The notes under the pieces: generated by a model
Database searches by the model: none
Seen by the model: the letters and a program-made list of their open reading frames with translations, nothing else
What the model was told of the DNA's origin: nothing
Source: Squalus acanthias
Taxonomy: Eukaryota
DNA: 64,000 bases
Assembly: GCA_030390025.1 (NCBI GenBank)
Contig: CM059432.1
Coordinates: 128,714,001-128,778,000 of the forward strand
Reading direction: 5' to 3'
Made by a program: the position numbers and the translations under genes
Part shown: piece by piece, positions 48,916 to 62,159 of the stretch
Layout of the letters: each line of letters starts with the position of its first letter
Position numbering within the stretch: position 1 is the first letter of the stretch

Positions 48916-51139
48916 ACTGAGAGAACGAAAAGGTGAAAAAGGTCATTGATGTCAGTGTGGGTCCAAATCCCAAAGGGATTGCCTAAAGTTAAGTGATCTA
49001 ACGAGCATGATTTGTGTATGCCCTCCAAAACTCTGCAAGATTTGCAGCTTTCTAAATTTACCCTGGACAATTCAGGCATTTGGGTGAGTTGGTGAGAGTA
49101 TGAGGGTGCACTCCATGAGCACACCATTGCTGAATTGGTCCTATTTGTACCTGATCCTAATGTGTTTTCATAATATCAAAATAAACATAAAGTAAAAAAA
49201 AAATCAGTATATCCTGACTTGCTTATTACAGAAGAAAAATAACATTATTATCATTCACATTCAATGAGCTTCATGTTCAAAACAGTAGGTTGTCAATATA
49301 AAGCTTACTCTTCTGCTCAGGGCAAATAGCATCATTTACCGTATAACATGTTATTGATTAGAACAGATTTCTCTAAGAACTTTGAGGATTAAACTCTACA
49401 ATACATTAGCCTAATAAAAAGGTATCACTTTTACATAATAAAATTGGTAAATGTTATCAATACAATTTTTTGTTAATTATACCCTGCTATCATATGACTA
49501 ATTCTGGCATATGTATTTTGAAGGTACTCATATATTTTATTTTTGACAAACCAGCTAGTGGATTCAATAGACATTGTAATAGACTACTGAGGGCCAGAGA
49601 AGTGACAAAGTCCACTTTATATTACATCGGAAAGAGCACAAGCCATTTACATGGTCCTTTAGAAACTGGACTGCAAAGCAACATCAGGATACATTAAATC
49701 AGCAAACTAATGTTCTACACAACAGCCCACACACCATCAACACTGTCAATACGGAAAGAGAAGTCCCTTTGCTTAACCCTTGGGACATGCAATTAAAACT
49801 TGACATTCGTCTGATTGAATGTGGAGCATTGTGCTTAATCAATATAACGGGTCTGGACGTTGCATTTTTCAATGTTACTTGGAAATCATGAATGTTTTTA
49901 CTAGAATATTTATCAGAGCAGATGTTGTCTTTTATGTCTGTAATCATATACAGTCCCCACCACTTACACCGTCCCCGCTTATCCCAGACAGCTGCCTATA
50001 TCAGGCAAATGGTGCTAACCTTAAAAGGCCCCAAACCTTTACTAAGGAAATGTAATCGATCCCAGAGGGAATTGATTACCTTCCCCAAGAGATCTACTTG
50101 GGAGAAGAAGAAGGGGAAAGGGCAATTTTGTTCCGGCCCCGCGCCCATCTTCTGGCTGGCAGTTTGGGGCGGGCATTTTTGATGCGCCCTTGCAGGTGCG
50201 ATGTGCCCACTCCAGCCATGCAAATAACTCTAAAATTCCCTGGCCGATCTCCCAGTTTCCCACCATAACTTTGGTAGGAGAAGCAGTGTAACCCCCAGGG
50301 GAACTGTCTAAATGGTCATTTTCTTGCCATTTACACCATTTCCCTGGTTTACCACCAGAACAGTGGAGGATGATTGGCTGAAACTGCGGAATTTCAGGGC
50401 CCCCAACCCCTGGAATTTGGGGCGAGGTCTCCAGTTTGGGGTTAGGGTAAATGGATGTCCCACTCCAATGCGCTTGATCTGGCAGAGCGACTGCAGGAAT
50501 TTCGGGGCTTGTGTGTAAGAAGGATCTAAAACATTGAAAACGCCGAAACAAGTTTTTTGTTTCAGTTACCTTGAAATAAATCCACCTGAAATCTCTCAGT
50601 TCCAAATAAATTTGATTCATGCTGTAACAAATGTTAACAACAATACTCTTTGAATAGATCTGAAAATCTACAGCTCCACAGAAGCAATTCTGCAGCTTCA
50701 AAGTGAAACTGAATACGTGGTGGATCGAGGTGATTTTACATGTAGTGTGGCTTTCTCATTAGATGGAGCTGTTGACTCATACTTCAGAGCAAGGCTTAAA
50801 TTTCTATAAGGAGGATGTCAGAATGCCCTGAGGCATAGGTGTAGGACAACCATTCTCTGACATGAATGGCAAATTAGTGTAGCACATGGATTACAAAATA
50901 ATATAATCATATAATCAATACTTATGATTTAATCTTGATGAATCATTATAGTACAATAAGAGTTCTTGCTGTAATACTGTGAATCAAAATAGAGTGCAAA
51001 ACAATTTCTTTCCATTTTTTCCTCAGGGCACATTTAAAAAAGTAATTTTTCCCAATCAACAACAACTTGCATTTATATAGCGCCTTTAACGTAGTAAAAC
51101 ATGCCAAGGCACATTACAGAAGCGTAATCAAATAACATT

Positions 51140-53941
51140 TAGAATCATAGAATCTTAGAAATTTACGGCACAGTAGGAGGCCATTTGATGGCTGTAAAAG
51201 AGCTATCCAGCCTAATCCCACTTTCCAGCTCTTGGTCCGTAGCCCTGCAGTTTACAGCACTTCAAGTGCATATCCAAGTACTTTTTAAATGTGATGAGGG
51301 TTTCTGCCTCTACCACCCTTTCAGGCAGTGAGTTCCAGACCGCCACCACCCTCTGCGTGAAAAAAGTCCTCCTGAACTCCCCTCTCATCCTTCTACCAAT
51401 TACTTTAAATCTATGCCCCCAGGTTATTGACCTCTCTGCTAAGGGAAATAGGTCCTTCCTATCCACTCTATCTAGGCTCCTCATAATTTTATACACCACA
51501 ATTAAGTCTCCCCTCAGCCTCCTCTGCTCCAAAGAAAACAATCCCCAGTCTATCCAATCTTTCCTCTTAGCTAAAATTCTCCAGTCCTGGCAACATCCTC
51601 GTAAATCTCCTTTGTACCCTCTCTAGTGCAATCACATCTTTCCTGTAATGTGGTGACCAGAACTGTACGCAATACTCTAGCTGTGGCCTAACTAGTGTTT
51701 TATACAGTTCAAGCATAACCTTCCTGCTCTTATATTCTATGCCTCGGCTAATAAAGGAAAGTATCTCGCATGCCTTCTTAACCACCTTATCTACCTATCC
51801 TACTACCTTGAGGGATCTGTAGACATGCACTCCAAGGTCCCTCTGTTCCTCTGCACTTCTTAGTAACCTACCATTTATTGTGTATTCCCTTGCCTTGTTA
51901 GCCCTCCCCAAATTCATTACCTTACACTTCTCCAGACTGAATTCCATTTGCCACTTTTCTGCCCACCTGACCAGTCCATTGATATCTTCCTGCAGTCTAC
52001 AGCTTTCTTCCTCACTATCAACCAGATGGTCAATTTTTGTATCATCAGCAAACTTGTTAATCATGCCCTCTACATTAAAGTCTAAATCACAAAAGCAAGG
52101 GACCTAGTACTGAGCCCTGTGGAACCCCATTGGAAACAGCCTTCCAGTCACAAAAACACCTGTCGACCATTACCCTTTGCTTCCTGCCACTGAGCCAACT
52201 TTGGATCCAACTTACCACTTTCCCTTGGATCCCATCTCACCAGTCTGCCATGTGGGATCTTGTCAAAAGCCTTGCTAAAATCCATGTAGACTATATCAAA
52301 CACGCTACCCTCATCGATTTTCCTTGTTACCTCCTCAAAAAATTCAAGCAAGTTAGTCAGACACGACCTTCCCTTAACAAATCCACGCTGACTGTCCTTG
52401 ATTAATCCGTGCCTTTCTAAATGACGATTAATACTGTCCCTCAGAATTTTTTCCAATAATTTTCCCACCACCGAGGTTAGGCTGACTGGCCTGTAATTAC
52501 TCGGTCGATCCCTTTCTCCCTTTTTAAACAACAGTACAATATTAGCAGTCCTCCAGCACTACACCTGCAGCCAGAGAGGATTGGAAAATGATGGTAGAGC
52601 CTCCGCTATTTTCTCCCTTGCTTCTCTTAACAGCCTGGGATACATTTCATCCAGGCCTGGCGAGTTATCTATTTTCAAAGATGCTAAACCCCTTAATACT
52701 TCCTCTCTCACTATGTTTATCTCATCTAATATTACACACTCCTCCTTAAGTACAATGTCTGCATCGTCCCTCTCTTTTGTGAAGACAGATGCAAAGTATT
52801 CATTAAGAACCATACCCACGTCTTCTGCCTCCACACACAGGTTACCTTTTTGGTCTCTAATAGGCCCTACTCTTTCTTTAGCTATCCTTTTGCTCTTCAT
52901 GTATTTATAAAACATCTTTGGGTTTTCCTTGATATTACTTGCAAATATTTTTTCATGCCTTCTCTTTGCTTTCCTAATTTCCTTTTTAATTTCACCCCTG
53001 CACTTTCTATACTCCTCTAGGCTTTCTGCAGTATTTAGCTCTTGGTATCTGACATAAGCTTCCCTTTTTTTCCTTATCCCCTTGACATCCAGGGGGCTCT
53101 AGATTTGGGAGTCCCACCCTTTTTCTTTGTGGGAACATATTTGCTCTGAACCCTCACTATCTCCGCCTTGAATGCCTCCCACGGCTCTGACACTGATTTA
53201 CCTTCAAGTAGCTGTTTCCAGTTCACTTTTGCTAAATCACATCTCAGCTTAGTAAAATTGGCCTTTCCCCAGTTGAGAACTTTTCCTCCTGGTCTATTTT
53301 TGTCCTTTCCCATAACTACGCTAAATCTAACTGAATTATGAACACTACCACCAAAATGCTCTCCCACTGATTACACCTTCCACCTGCCCAGCTTCATTCC
53401 CGAAAATCAAGTCTGGAACCACCTCTCTTGTTGGGCTTGCTATGCACTGGCTAAAAAAGTTCCCTGAATGCATTTTAAGAATTCTGCACCCTCTATACCT
53501 TTTATATTGATTCTGGCCCAGTTAATATTAGGTTAGTTGAAATCTCCTACTGTTCCTGCCCTATTGTTTTTGCACTTCTCAGAAGTTTGCCTACATATTT
53601 GTTCTTCTATCTCCCTCTGACTATTTGGGGGTCTATAGTACACTCCCAGCAGTGTGATTGTCCCTTTGTTGTTCTTCAGTTTAACCCATATGGCCTCATT
53701 TGATGATCCTTCTAACATATCATCCCTCCTCACAGCTGTAATTGTTTCTTTAACCAATATTGCGACCCCCTCCTTTTTTAACCCCTTCTCTATTTCGTCT
53801 GAAAACCCTGTAACCAGTAATGTTGAGCTGCCATTCCTGCCCTTCTTTCAGCCATGTTTCAGTCATAGCTATGATATCATACTTCCACGTGTCTATCTGT
53901 GCCCTCAGCTCATTTGCCTTATTCACTAGACTCCTTGCATT
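51140..53941 (-). mobile_element. Long CR1 LINE (endonuclease through RT to 3' tail), many frameshifts
   Basis: NARSLVNK...DIIAMTETWL (APE), GVYYRPP, GDFN, NYRPVSLTSVVGK, YMDFSKAFDK, KFADDTK; (ATTCTATG)n tail; possible TSD CATTT. Confidence 0.93.
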
Positions 53942-54854
53942 TGACACCGAGAGGACAGGTGACCAAAAGCTTAGTCAAAGTTTTAAGGAGCGCCTTAAAG
54001 GAGAGAGTGTTAGAGAGGTGGAGAGGTTAAGGGAGGGAATTCCAAAGCTTAGGGCCTAAGCAGCTGAATGCACGGCCGCCAATGGTAGAGCGATTAAAAT
54101 CGTGGATGCGCAAAAGACCAGAATTGGAGGAGCGCAGATATCTCAGAGGGTTGTAGGGCTGGAGGAGGTTACAGAGATAGGGAGGGGCGAGGCAATGGAG
54201 GGATTTGAAAACACGATGAGAACTTTAAAATCAAAGTGTTGCCGAACTGGGAGCCAGTGCAGGTCAGTGAGCACAAGGGTGATTGGTGAACAGGACTTGG
54301 TGCGAGTTAAGTTACAGGCAGCAGAGTTTTGGATGAGCTGAAGTTTATGGAGGGTGAAAGGTGGGAGGCCGGCCAGGAGAGCATTGGAATAGTTGATTCT
54401 AGAGATAACAAAGGCAAGGATGAGGGTTTCAGCAGCAGTTGAGCTGAGGCAGGGACGGAGATGGGCGAGGTTACGGAGGTGGTAGTAGGCAGTCTTGTTG
54501 ATGGAGAGGTTACGTGGTCGGAAGTTCAACCTCAGGGTCAAATAGGACACCAAGGTTGCGAACGGTCTGGTTCAGCCTCAGACAGTGGCCAGGGAAAGGA
54601 ATCGAGTCAGTGTCCAGGGAACGGAGTTTGTGGCAAGGACCGAAGACAATGGCTTTGGTCTTCCCAATATTTAGTTGGAGGAAATTTCTGCTCATCCGCC
54701 ACTGAATGTGGTACAAGCAGTGTGACAAATCATAGGCAGTAGAGGGGTTGAGAGAGGTGATGACGAGGTAGAGCTGGGTGTTGTCAGCGTACATGTGGAA
54801 CCTAAAGTTGTGTTTTTGGATGATGTCGCTGAGGGGCAGCATGTAGATGAGAAA

Positions 54855-55223
54855 TACCTCTCCGTTCTTGGCCTGCAGTGGGGTAGGACCTTGGGTGCTT
54901 GGGCCGTAGATGGTCTTGACTGTGCTAAAGAATACACGCACGTCGTGGTTGTCAGCTAGCTGCTGGATCTCCTGCGCTTTCTCCACCCACCATCTGTTCT
55001 TTAGGTCGCGAGTTTTTTGTTGGACCTCGGCCTTCAGGCGTCTGTAAAGCTGCTTTCTTGCTCTCGAGTTCTGTTGCTGTTTCCAGATCAGGAATGCTCC
55101 TGGATCTCCTGGCCATTCTCGTCGAACCAGTCTTGGTGTTTCCTGGTCGAGTGACCTAGCGACTAATTTTTAATGTGGAAGCAAGTCATCCTCGGTTCCG
55201 AGGGACTGCCTAAGAAGAAGAAG
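54855..55223. mobile_element. RTE-clade LINE insertion with inverted internal fragment and forward 3' tail
   Basis: Minus strand LGHSTRKHQDWFDENGQE...LKNRWWVEKAQEIQQLADNHD..FFSTVKTIYGP; plus strand 3' end GCAAGTCATCCTCG..CGAGGGACTGCCT(AAG)4; TSD AGATGAGAAA at 54845-54854 and 55224-55233. Confidence 0.8.
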
Positions 55224-56460
55224 AGATGAGAAAAAGGAGGGGGTCAAGGATAGATCCTTGGGGGACTCTAGAGGTAACGGTGCGAGAGCGGAAAGGGAAG
55301 CCATTGTAGGAGATTCTCTGGCTATGACTGGATAGATAGGAATGGACCCAGGTGAGGGCAGTCCCACCCAGCTGGATGAGGGTGGAGAGGCGGTGGAGGA
55401 GGATGGTGTGTTCAGCCGTGTCAAAGGCTGCAGACAGGTCGAGAAGGATGAGGAGGGATAGTTTACCATGTTCACAGTCACGTAGGATGTCATTTGTGAC
55501 TTTGATAAGGGCTGTTTCAGTGCTGTGGTGGTGCAGAAACCTGAATGAAGATGTTCAAACATGGAGTTGCGGGAAAGATGAGTATGGATTTGGGAGGCAA
55601 CACATATTCAAGGACTTTTGAGAGGAAAGGGAGGTTGGAGATGGGGCAGTAGTTTGCAAGGACAGAGGGGTCTGGGTGGGTTTTTTGTGGAGGGTGGTGA
55701 TGATGGCAGATTTGAAGAGGAGGGGGACAGTACCTGAGGACAGGGAACCATTGACAATATCAGCTCATGTGGGGGCCAGGAAAGGAAGTTGGGTGGTCAG
55801 AAGTTTGGTGGGAATAAGGTCGAGAGAGCAGGAGGTGGGTCTCACAGACAAGATGAGCTCAGAGAGGGCATGAGGGGAGGTAGGATAGAAACTAAAGAAA
55901 GGTGCGAGTTCAGGGCTAGGGCAGGTGGCAACCTTAGGGGAAGTTTAGCTAGGTGGGCTAGTGGAAGGGAAGGTTGCGGCAGAGGCAATTGAATGGAAGG
56001 TCTCAATCTTGGTTATCATTTGAGTGTTCTTTGTGCCGGAGGTAAGATTTTTACAGCTGTTGCAGTAATATCACTACGTCCTGTGCTACTGCCTGAACAA
56101 ACTTCAACCAAAATGGAACATCAAATGTGCAAAAATGGCATAATTATGCTACACAAGTAATGTTCCCACTCCATTGAATGTAATAATGTGAGGGGAATTG
56201 AAGACATGTCCAAACAGGGCTACAAGAAGACTAATACACAAAGTCTATCAAAAAGTAGCGATGACAGAGCCGCTGCAATTGTGGGTCACCTTGTTGATGC
56301 AGGAGAGGTGGGTTCCCCAGGACGAATGCATCCATATTAACCTGGGAATGTACTTATAGGTCCTGTAGCAACTACCTAAATGAGACTGTTTGCAGCCCCA
56401 TAGTCATCCATCGATACATATGGGTTGCCTTTTTTTAGCAAAAAAAGCATTTTACAAAAG

Positions 56461-56832
56461 CATTATATAAAAGGAGTTGATAGGATAGATTGAGAGAAAC
56501 CATTTTCTATGGTGGGGGAGTTCAAAACAAGGGGGCATAACCTTAAAATTAGAGCTAGGGTCTAATGTTACCTGCTAGGCTGAAGCAGGGGTGATGTCAG
56601 GAAGTACTTCTTCACACAAAGGGTAATGGAAACTGGAACTCTCCCTCAAAAAGCTGTTGAGGCTAGGGGTCAATTGAAAATTTCAAAACTGATATTGATG
56701 GATTTTTGTTAAACAAGGGTAATAAGGGTAATGGAACCAAGGTGGGTAGATGGAGTTAAGATACAGATCAAGCATGATCTAATTGAATTGCGTTAACAGT
56801 CTCGAGGGGCTGAATGGTCTACTCCTGTTCCG
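56461..56832 (+). mobile_element. CR1 3' fragment
   Basis: AAAACAAGGGGGCATAACCTTAAAATTAGAGC (TRGHNLKIR), TTCTTCACACAAAGGGT, CR1 3' UTR. Confidence 0.82.
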
Positions 56833-58430
56833 ACACTAAAGTCTGGTATACCTTCCTGCCTTGCTGTGTACTGCAAAACAATACTGACCAGGGTTACAGG
56901 CCATCATAATACCCGACTCTGTCTAACTGTGTCCAAATACATGGCAACCGTCCTCATTTTACGAAAATTAAGGATGCAATGTGCACTATGTCAACATGCA
57001 TCTAAGAGAACTACTGCTGCATGCATCCAGCCAGTTGCCCTACATTGGTAGACATCTGGGCCATGCACTCCTGCATATCACCTAGAGATTCACTCACATT
57101 GTAATACCATGGAGCTGAGTGACCTTTCTCTGCTGGCAGTATGTTCCAACATCGTCCTTTCCAAGGCATCTATACCGAGGCTTCAGTCTGTTGGTAATAC
57201 AGGAATGGCAGCAGGTAAATCGACCTCTATAATAAGCCTTTTGCCCTTTCTGAAGCCGACCCTGGATGCAATCTCTCCAGCCTTGTTTTATGCTCTCATC
57301 ACCGAATGAAAGGTTATCTTGCTTGGGAAGTGTGCTGCTTGGCATGAAGGGAAATGCTCAGTGAAAGGGATTGTGGGGGTGACTGTGGTCCAACTGATGT
57401 GTGAAGCGTTTCCATCCGAGCCCCGATGATACTTTCTTTATCTGAAGAGAGAGGGAAAATGAAGCAGTGGCATGTTTTCTGCAATGAACTGGCAATTGTA
57501 ATGCTATTATCAATACAGAAGGGGGAAGGTTCCCTGCATTTAAAAGTTACACATACAATCCTCACATCGTACATCATTACTGCACAGACACAGCTTTGTG
57601 GTGGGAAACTCGCACCGCTGGGGAGGAGGACAACTCCGAAGTATATTGGTGCCTCAATGAGTCAAGACCACACTCCTTCCAGGGTGCAGGGGCTTCTCCC
57701 TGAAACAGCTGGCACCTGGCATTAGTTGACAACTTGCCCTGCAACAAGGGGGTTGGTGCAAAGGTCTCTTTCATTCATGTTATGATAAACATATTGCGCT
57801 TTGCATATGTTTAGCTACATGTCTGTTGCTTTGACTCAGTGACCGCCAACCTCTCACATGGCTCAGTTTCCTGATTTATAATTCTGGAGAAGCCATAGTA
57901 GTACTTGCAATTTAGTGCAGTCTGATCTTCATTTCTATCATTACATCAATTTAACTCATATTTGCGAGCTGTGGCTTTTCTAATCCTCTTGACTGCACAT
58001 AAAAAGAATGCCTGTATATAATGTAAAATAGTCCAGAGGACAAATTTAAATGAAATGCTTTTAATTTCATGACCTTCTTGATACCAACAAATTTCTTCTG
58101 GACATCCTTAAATGCTGTCCTAGTCTATGACGGAGCACTGGCGAGGTGTGCCACCTCCTCCCACGCTCGCAGTCTACGGACTTTGGGAGTCACATCACCC
58201 ACTGACCAAAGATAAACTGTTGGCAGACCAGAAATTCATCCACTTTTTCTCCCATCGGATTCAACCATAATGCTACTAGCTCTGAAGTCTGTTTCTTACA
58301 ACTTCTGCTAACAGTATGGTTAAGATTGTGAACTGGTCATTTAAAAAAATATGGAAGCAAACCCAAGTCCTACCATTCCACAGCACGATGAATCAACGCA
58401 CCATCACATCCGGTATCACAGCAGTTAAGA

Positions 58431-60270
58431 ACATAATAAGAAATAGGAGCAGGAGTAGGCCATTTGGCCCTTCGAGCCTGCTCCGCCATTCAGTAAGATC
58501 ATGGCTGATCTTCTACTCCATCTCCACTTTCCTGCACTATCCCCATATCCCTTGATTCCCTTAATATTCAAAAATCTGTCGATCTCTGTATTGAATATAC
58601 TCAACAACTGAGCCTCCACAGCCCTCTGGGGTAGAGAATTCCAAAGATTCACCACCCTCTGAGTGAAGAAATTTCTCCTCATCTCAGTCCTAAATGGCCG
58701 ACCCCTTACTCTGAGACTGTGACCCCTGGTTCTAGACTCCCCAGCCAGGGGAAACATCCACCCTGCATCTACCCTGTCAAGCCCTGTAAGAATTTTGTAT
58801 GTTTCAATGAGATCACCTCTCATTCTTCTAAACTCTAGAGAATATAGGCCTCGTCTACTCAATCTCTCCTCATAGGACAATCCCCCCATCCCAGAAATCA
58901 GTCTGGTGAACCTTCGTTGCACTCCCTCTATGGCAAGTATATCCTTCCTTAGGTAAGGAGACCAAGGGGGAGAAATTCAGTATCGCCCCGTTTGGGCGCA
59001 GTTATCGGCCGGGTGCAAAGTTTAGCGCCTGCAAACTTGGCTTCGATCGCCCCTGGAGGTGATTAGAGCACTAAATCAGGTGCTACACACCTCTCTTAAG
59101 GCGCTAACGCTGAGGAGCGAGGCGCTGGCGAAGCTCATGTGCTGTCAGTCAGCAATGGAACACAGACACACTGGCGCCGGCCAGTTCTTAAAGGGAAGGG
59201 TCGATCTTGCTCTCCATCCACACCCTGCTCATTGCAGCCTTGAATCTCGGCCTGGACAGACCTGTACATCAAATCTGCTGGAAAGAACAATGGAGAGGCC
59301 CAGGGAAAGAGCTCAGAGTGCAACCCCCATAGTCTCTTCTAAATCGATACAAGGAAGGTCAAATCAAAACGAACCTGCAAAGTGCTGCTCAGCACGCCTA
59401 TACTCCTTCACACAGCATTGAAGCTCTCCAGAAGTCTCTCTCTCTCTCTCAGAATGTGTGGTGCAAAAATGTCGCTGACAAAAAAAGGCAGGCGGTCGCC
59501 TTTAAATAGTGCTCCCCCAGTCCCTTCCTGAATGCAAAACGTTCCCCTCAACCTGTTGTTGCTAGCGGCAGGTGGAAAGGCAGGGGGCGCCACTCAATAT
59601 CCGGTCTGGGGTGCTACTGGAGCATTGCACGCTCGACTAATGTTACGATCTGCAGGCGCAGGAGATCGTGGCGGTAATGTTTAGTGCCGCCGCAAAATGT
59701 CTGGTCAATTTTGCGAGCATCGCAAACATCGCCGCGCCTGGGCGCTAGTTGCTTTGCGCCATCTTAGTGCGCTAACGGGAGGCGCAAAGCAATCGAATTT
59801 TCCCCCCCAAAACTGTACACCATACTGTACACAAAACTGTACACAATACACCAGGTGTGGTCTCACCAGGGCCCTATATAATTGCAGTAGGACGGCTTTA
59901 CTCTTATACTCAAATCCTCTCGCAATAAAGGCCAACATACCATTTGCTTTCCTAATTGCTTGCTGTATCGGCATGTTAACTTTCCGTGATTCGTGTACAA
60001 GGACACCCAGGTCCCTCTGAACACGAACATTTCCCAATCTCTCACCATTTAAAAAATACCCTGCTTTTCTATTTTTCCTACCAAAGTGGATAACTTCACA
60101 TTTCTTCACATTATATTCCATTTACCATGTTCTTGCCCACTCACTTAGCCTGTCTATATCCCCCTGAAGTCTCCTTGCATCCTCCACACACCTTACATTC
60201 CCACCCAGCTTTGTATCATCGGCTAACTTGGATATATTACATTTGGTCCCCTCATCCAAATCATCGATGT
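58431..60270 (-). mobile_element. CR1 LINE 3' portion split by a MITE
   Basis: MEYNVKKCEVIHFGRKN...LVRPHL and QRRFTRLI...FFTQRVVNLWNSLP on either side of the MITE. Confidence 0.93.
58966..59807 (+). mobile_element. Non-autonomous Harbinger element (MITE), copy of 28797-29690
   Basis: Ends GGGGGAGAAATTC / GAATTTTCCCCCC; TSD CAA; collinear interior. Confidence 0.88.
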
Positions 60271-60394
60271 TCTGGCCCTATACTTGAAATACAGGGTTAA
60301 CAGCTTCAGACTTATCTCTGCAGTGTTTATCTAAAGGTTTCCATTCCCATAATAATTTGAGACTGCTTTTTTTGTTGTTGTATCAGTAATGCTA

Positions 60395-61468
60395 TTATGG
60401 AGTACAAAGCAAGGAAGTTATGCTAAACCTTTATAAATCACTGATTAGGCCCCAGCTGGAGTATTGGCTGGAATTTTCTGGAGGAAGGTGGGTTGGGGGT
60501 GGGCGGGCTCCGATGCGGTCGGGAAACCCAGGAGACCGACTTTAACGGCAGGGCCTGAATTGCATGTGAGGCCTTGGTTTCGCCCCCACAGCCAGCCAGA
60601 TTGAGAGGCTGGCCGGCTGCGGGTGGATATGCCTGCAGCTGCACGGAGCGACAAAGGAGGGTTCACGTGAGGGCCGGGCCGGGCAATGGATGGGGGGGGA
60701 AGAAGACAACCAAGGACCGGGGGCCGGAGAAAGGATCGGGTGGGGGGGAGAGAGGACCGGGGATCGGGGGCCGAGGGAAGGATTGGAGGGAGGGGGCAGA
60801 CGATCGGGGGGACGGTCGGGCAGAAATCGGGGCCAGATGATCGGGGTGGGTGAAGAGTAGATCGGGGCCGGCCACCGGAGGATTGTGGACGGCCTCAGCA
60901 TCAACGCTGGGGCGGGGGCAGGGGAATGGTTGGGGAGGTGATCGGAGGCCTCGTGAGGGGGCCACCGATCACGGGGGGGGGGGGTGGGTTAAGTTGGGAC
61001 CCTGGATCCAGGAGGTAGGTATAAAGCCACTTACCTCCTGGATCCAGCAGTCCGCAACTCGCTTAAACTGCCGGGTTTCACGAATTGTGTGAAACCCATC
61101 CACATGCAGTTAAAAACAAAATGGAGGTTAAAAAAAGAGGCTTCCAGCCTCATTATAATATTTAAATTGACATTCCACCCCCTGGCAGCGGGTTGGTCGC
61201 CCGCCCCCTCTCCCCCCCCGTTAAAAACGGAGCCTCCGTTAAAACCGGAAGTGGGCGGGTTGGAGGCGGGTTCAGGTCGGGAATCCTATTTTTAACAATT
61301 TAACGACCCCCACACTCCAAACACACACATTTTTTTAGGTTAAAATTCTGGCCATTGTGTCCAATTCTGGGCACCACACTTTAAGGAGGCTGTCAAGGCC
61401 TTAGAGAGGAGGCAGAGGAGATTTACTAGAATGGTCCTGTAAGTTTCTCTGATTCCATGATTCTATGG
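60395..61468 (+). mobile_element. Short internally deleted CR1 fragment split by a MITE
   Basis: MEYKARKL/MLNLYKSLIRPQLEY | CVQFWAPHFK reads through once the MITE is removed. Confidence 0.75.
60466..61353. mobile_element. Harbinger-type MITE (family of 33374-34167)
   Basis: Ends GGCTGGAATTTT / AAAATTCTGGCC; TSD ATT; shared interior motifs CAGCCAGCCAGAT.GAGAGGCTGG, TTACCTCCTGGATCCAG, CAGCCTCATTATAATATTT. Confidence 0.82.
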
Positions 61469-62159
61469 ATATTATATAAAATTCATGCCAGATCAGACTG
61501 ATCAGATAACTTCTCATTCTGTTCCTTCGCTGGTTGGACCCAGTTCCATCCTTTCAAATGTAGTGAAGCCCAGCTAAAATCTGATCACTTTGGACCAAGG
61601 ATGTGAATCTAATGAGACAAACCAGAACTTTACTGGTTCTTCAGTTTGGGGGTGAACCCATGGTCAGGGTTTTAATCAGCTTCGCTTGGATTTCTAGTTA
61701 AAAAAAAACAGAGTTCTCGGTTCACCACAGAATACAACATTTTTCCTGGATGAAAGACTTGGAAATGAGCCAAATTTTCACCTGTAATATTGATTTTGAG
61801 ATAGCAATTTTGATAATCCAAATATGGGCTTGAGTTTGTCGGGTTGGAGCCAATTCAGATCATATCAAACTGAAGGTCCAGACTAAGGCTTATTTGCTCT
61901 TTCTTGATGCCAGATCAGAGACTCCTGCAACCACACACAAGTCTCTGCTTCCAGGCAATCTCAATCGGGGTAATATACCTGCAGTAATTATCTCTGGAGC
62001 AGGAAGCAAGGACAATGTGGATTTAACCATACTTAGCTTATGTTCCAGAACGAAAATACAAACTGACCTGTTTGTTCAAAATATGATTAGATAAAAGTGA
62101 AAGTTTAAACACAGATTCATAGTTATTGTATTTACTAGAATTAGACTGTCGAGATTTTT

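Larger units (their letters stand above)
51058..56013 (-). mobile_element. Long L2 LINE (tail 51058-51139, body 53942-56013) split by CR1 and RTE insertions
   Basis: Tail AACAACAACTTGCATTTATATAGCGCC; body carries LLDLSAAFDT, GVPQGSIL and FHMYADNTQLY RT motifs. Confidence 0.9.

Noticed and set aside
50042..50701. 219-aa minus-strand ORF
   Set aside because: Crosses several small MITE-like pieces; no motifs; likely chance.
54510..54986. 158-aa ORF appearing to fuse two LINE proteins
   Set aside because: Chance in-frame junction of the inverted RTE fragment with the host L2; not a real chimeric gene.
57098..57441. Minus-strand segment with good acceptor and GTGAGT donor
   Set aside because: Stops in all three frames; at most a non-coding exon.
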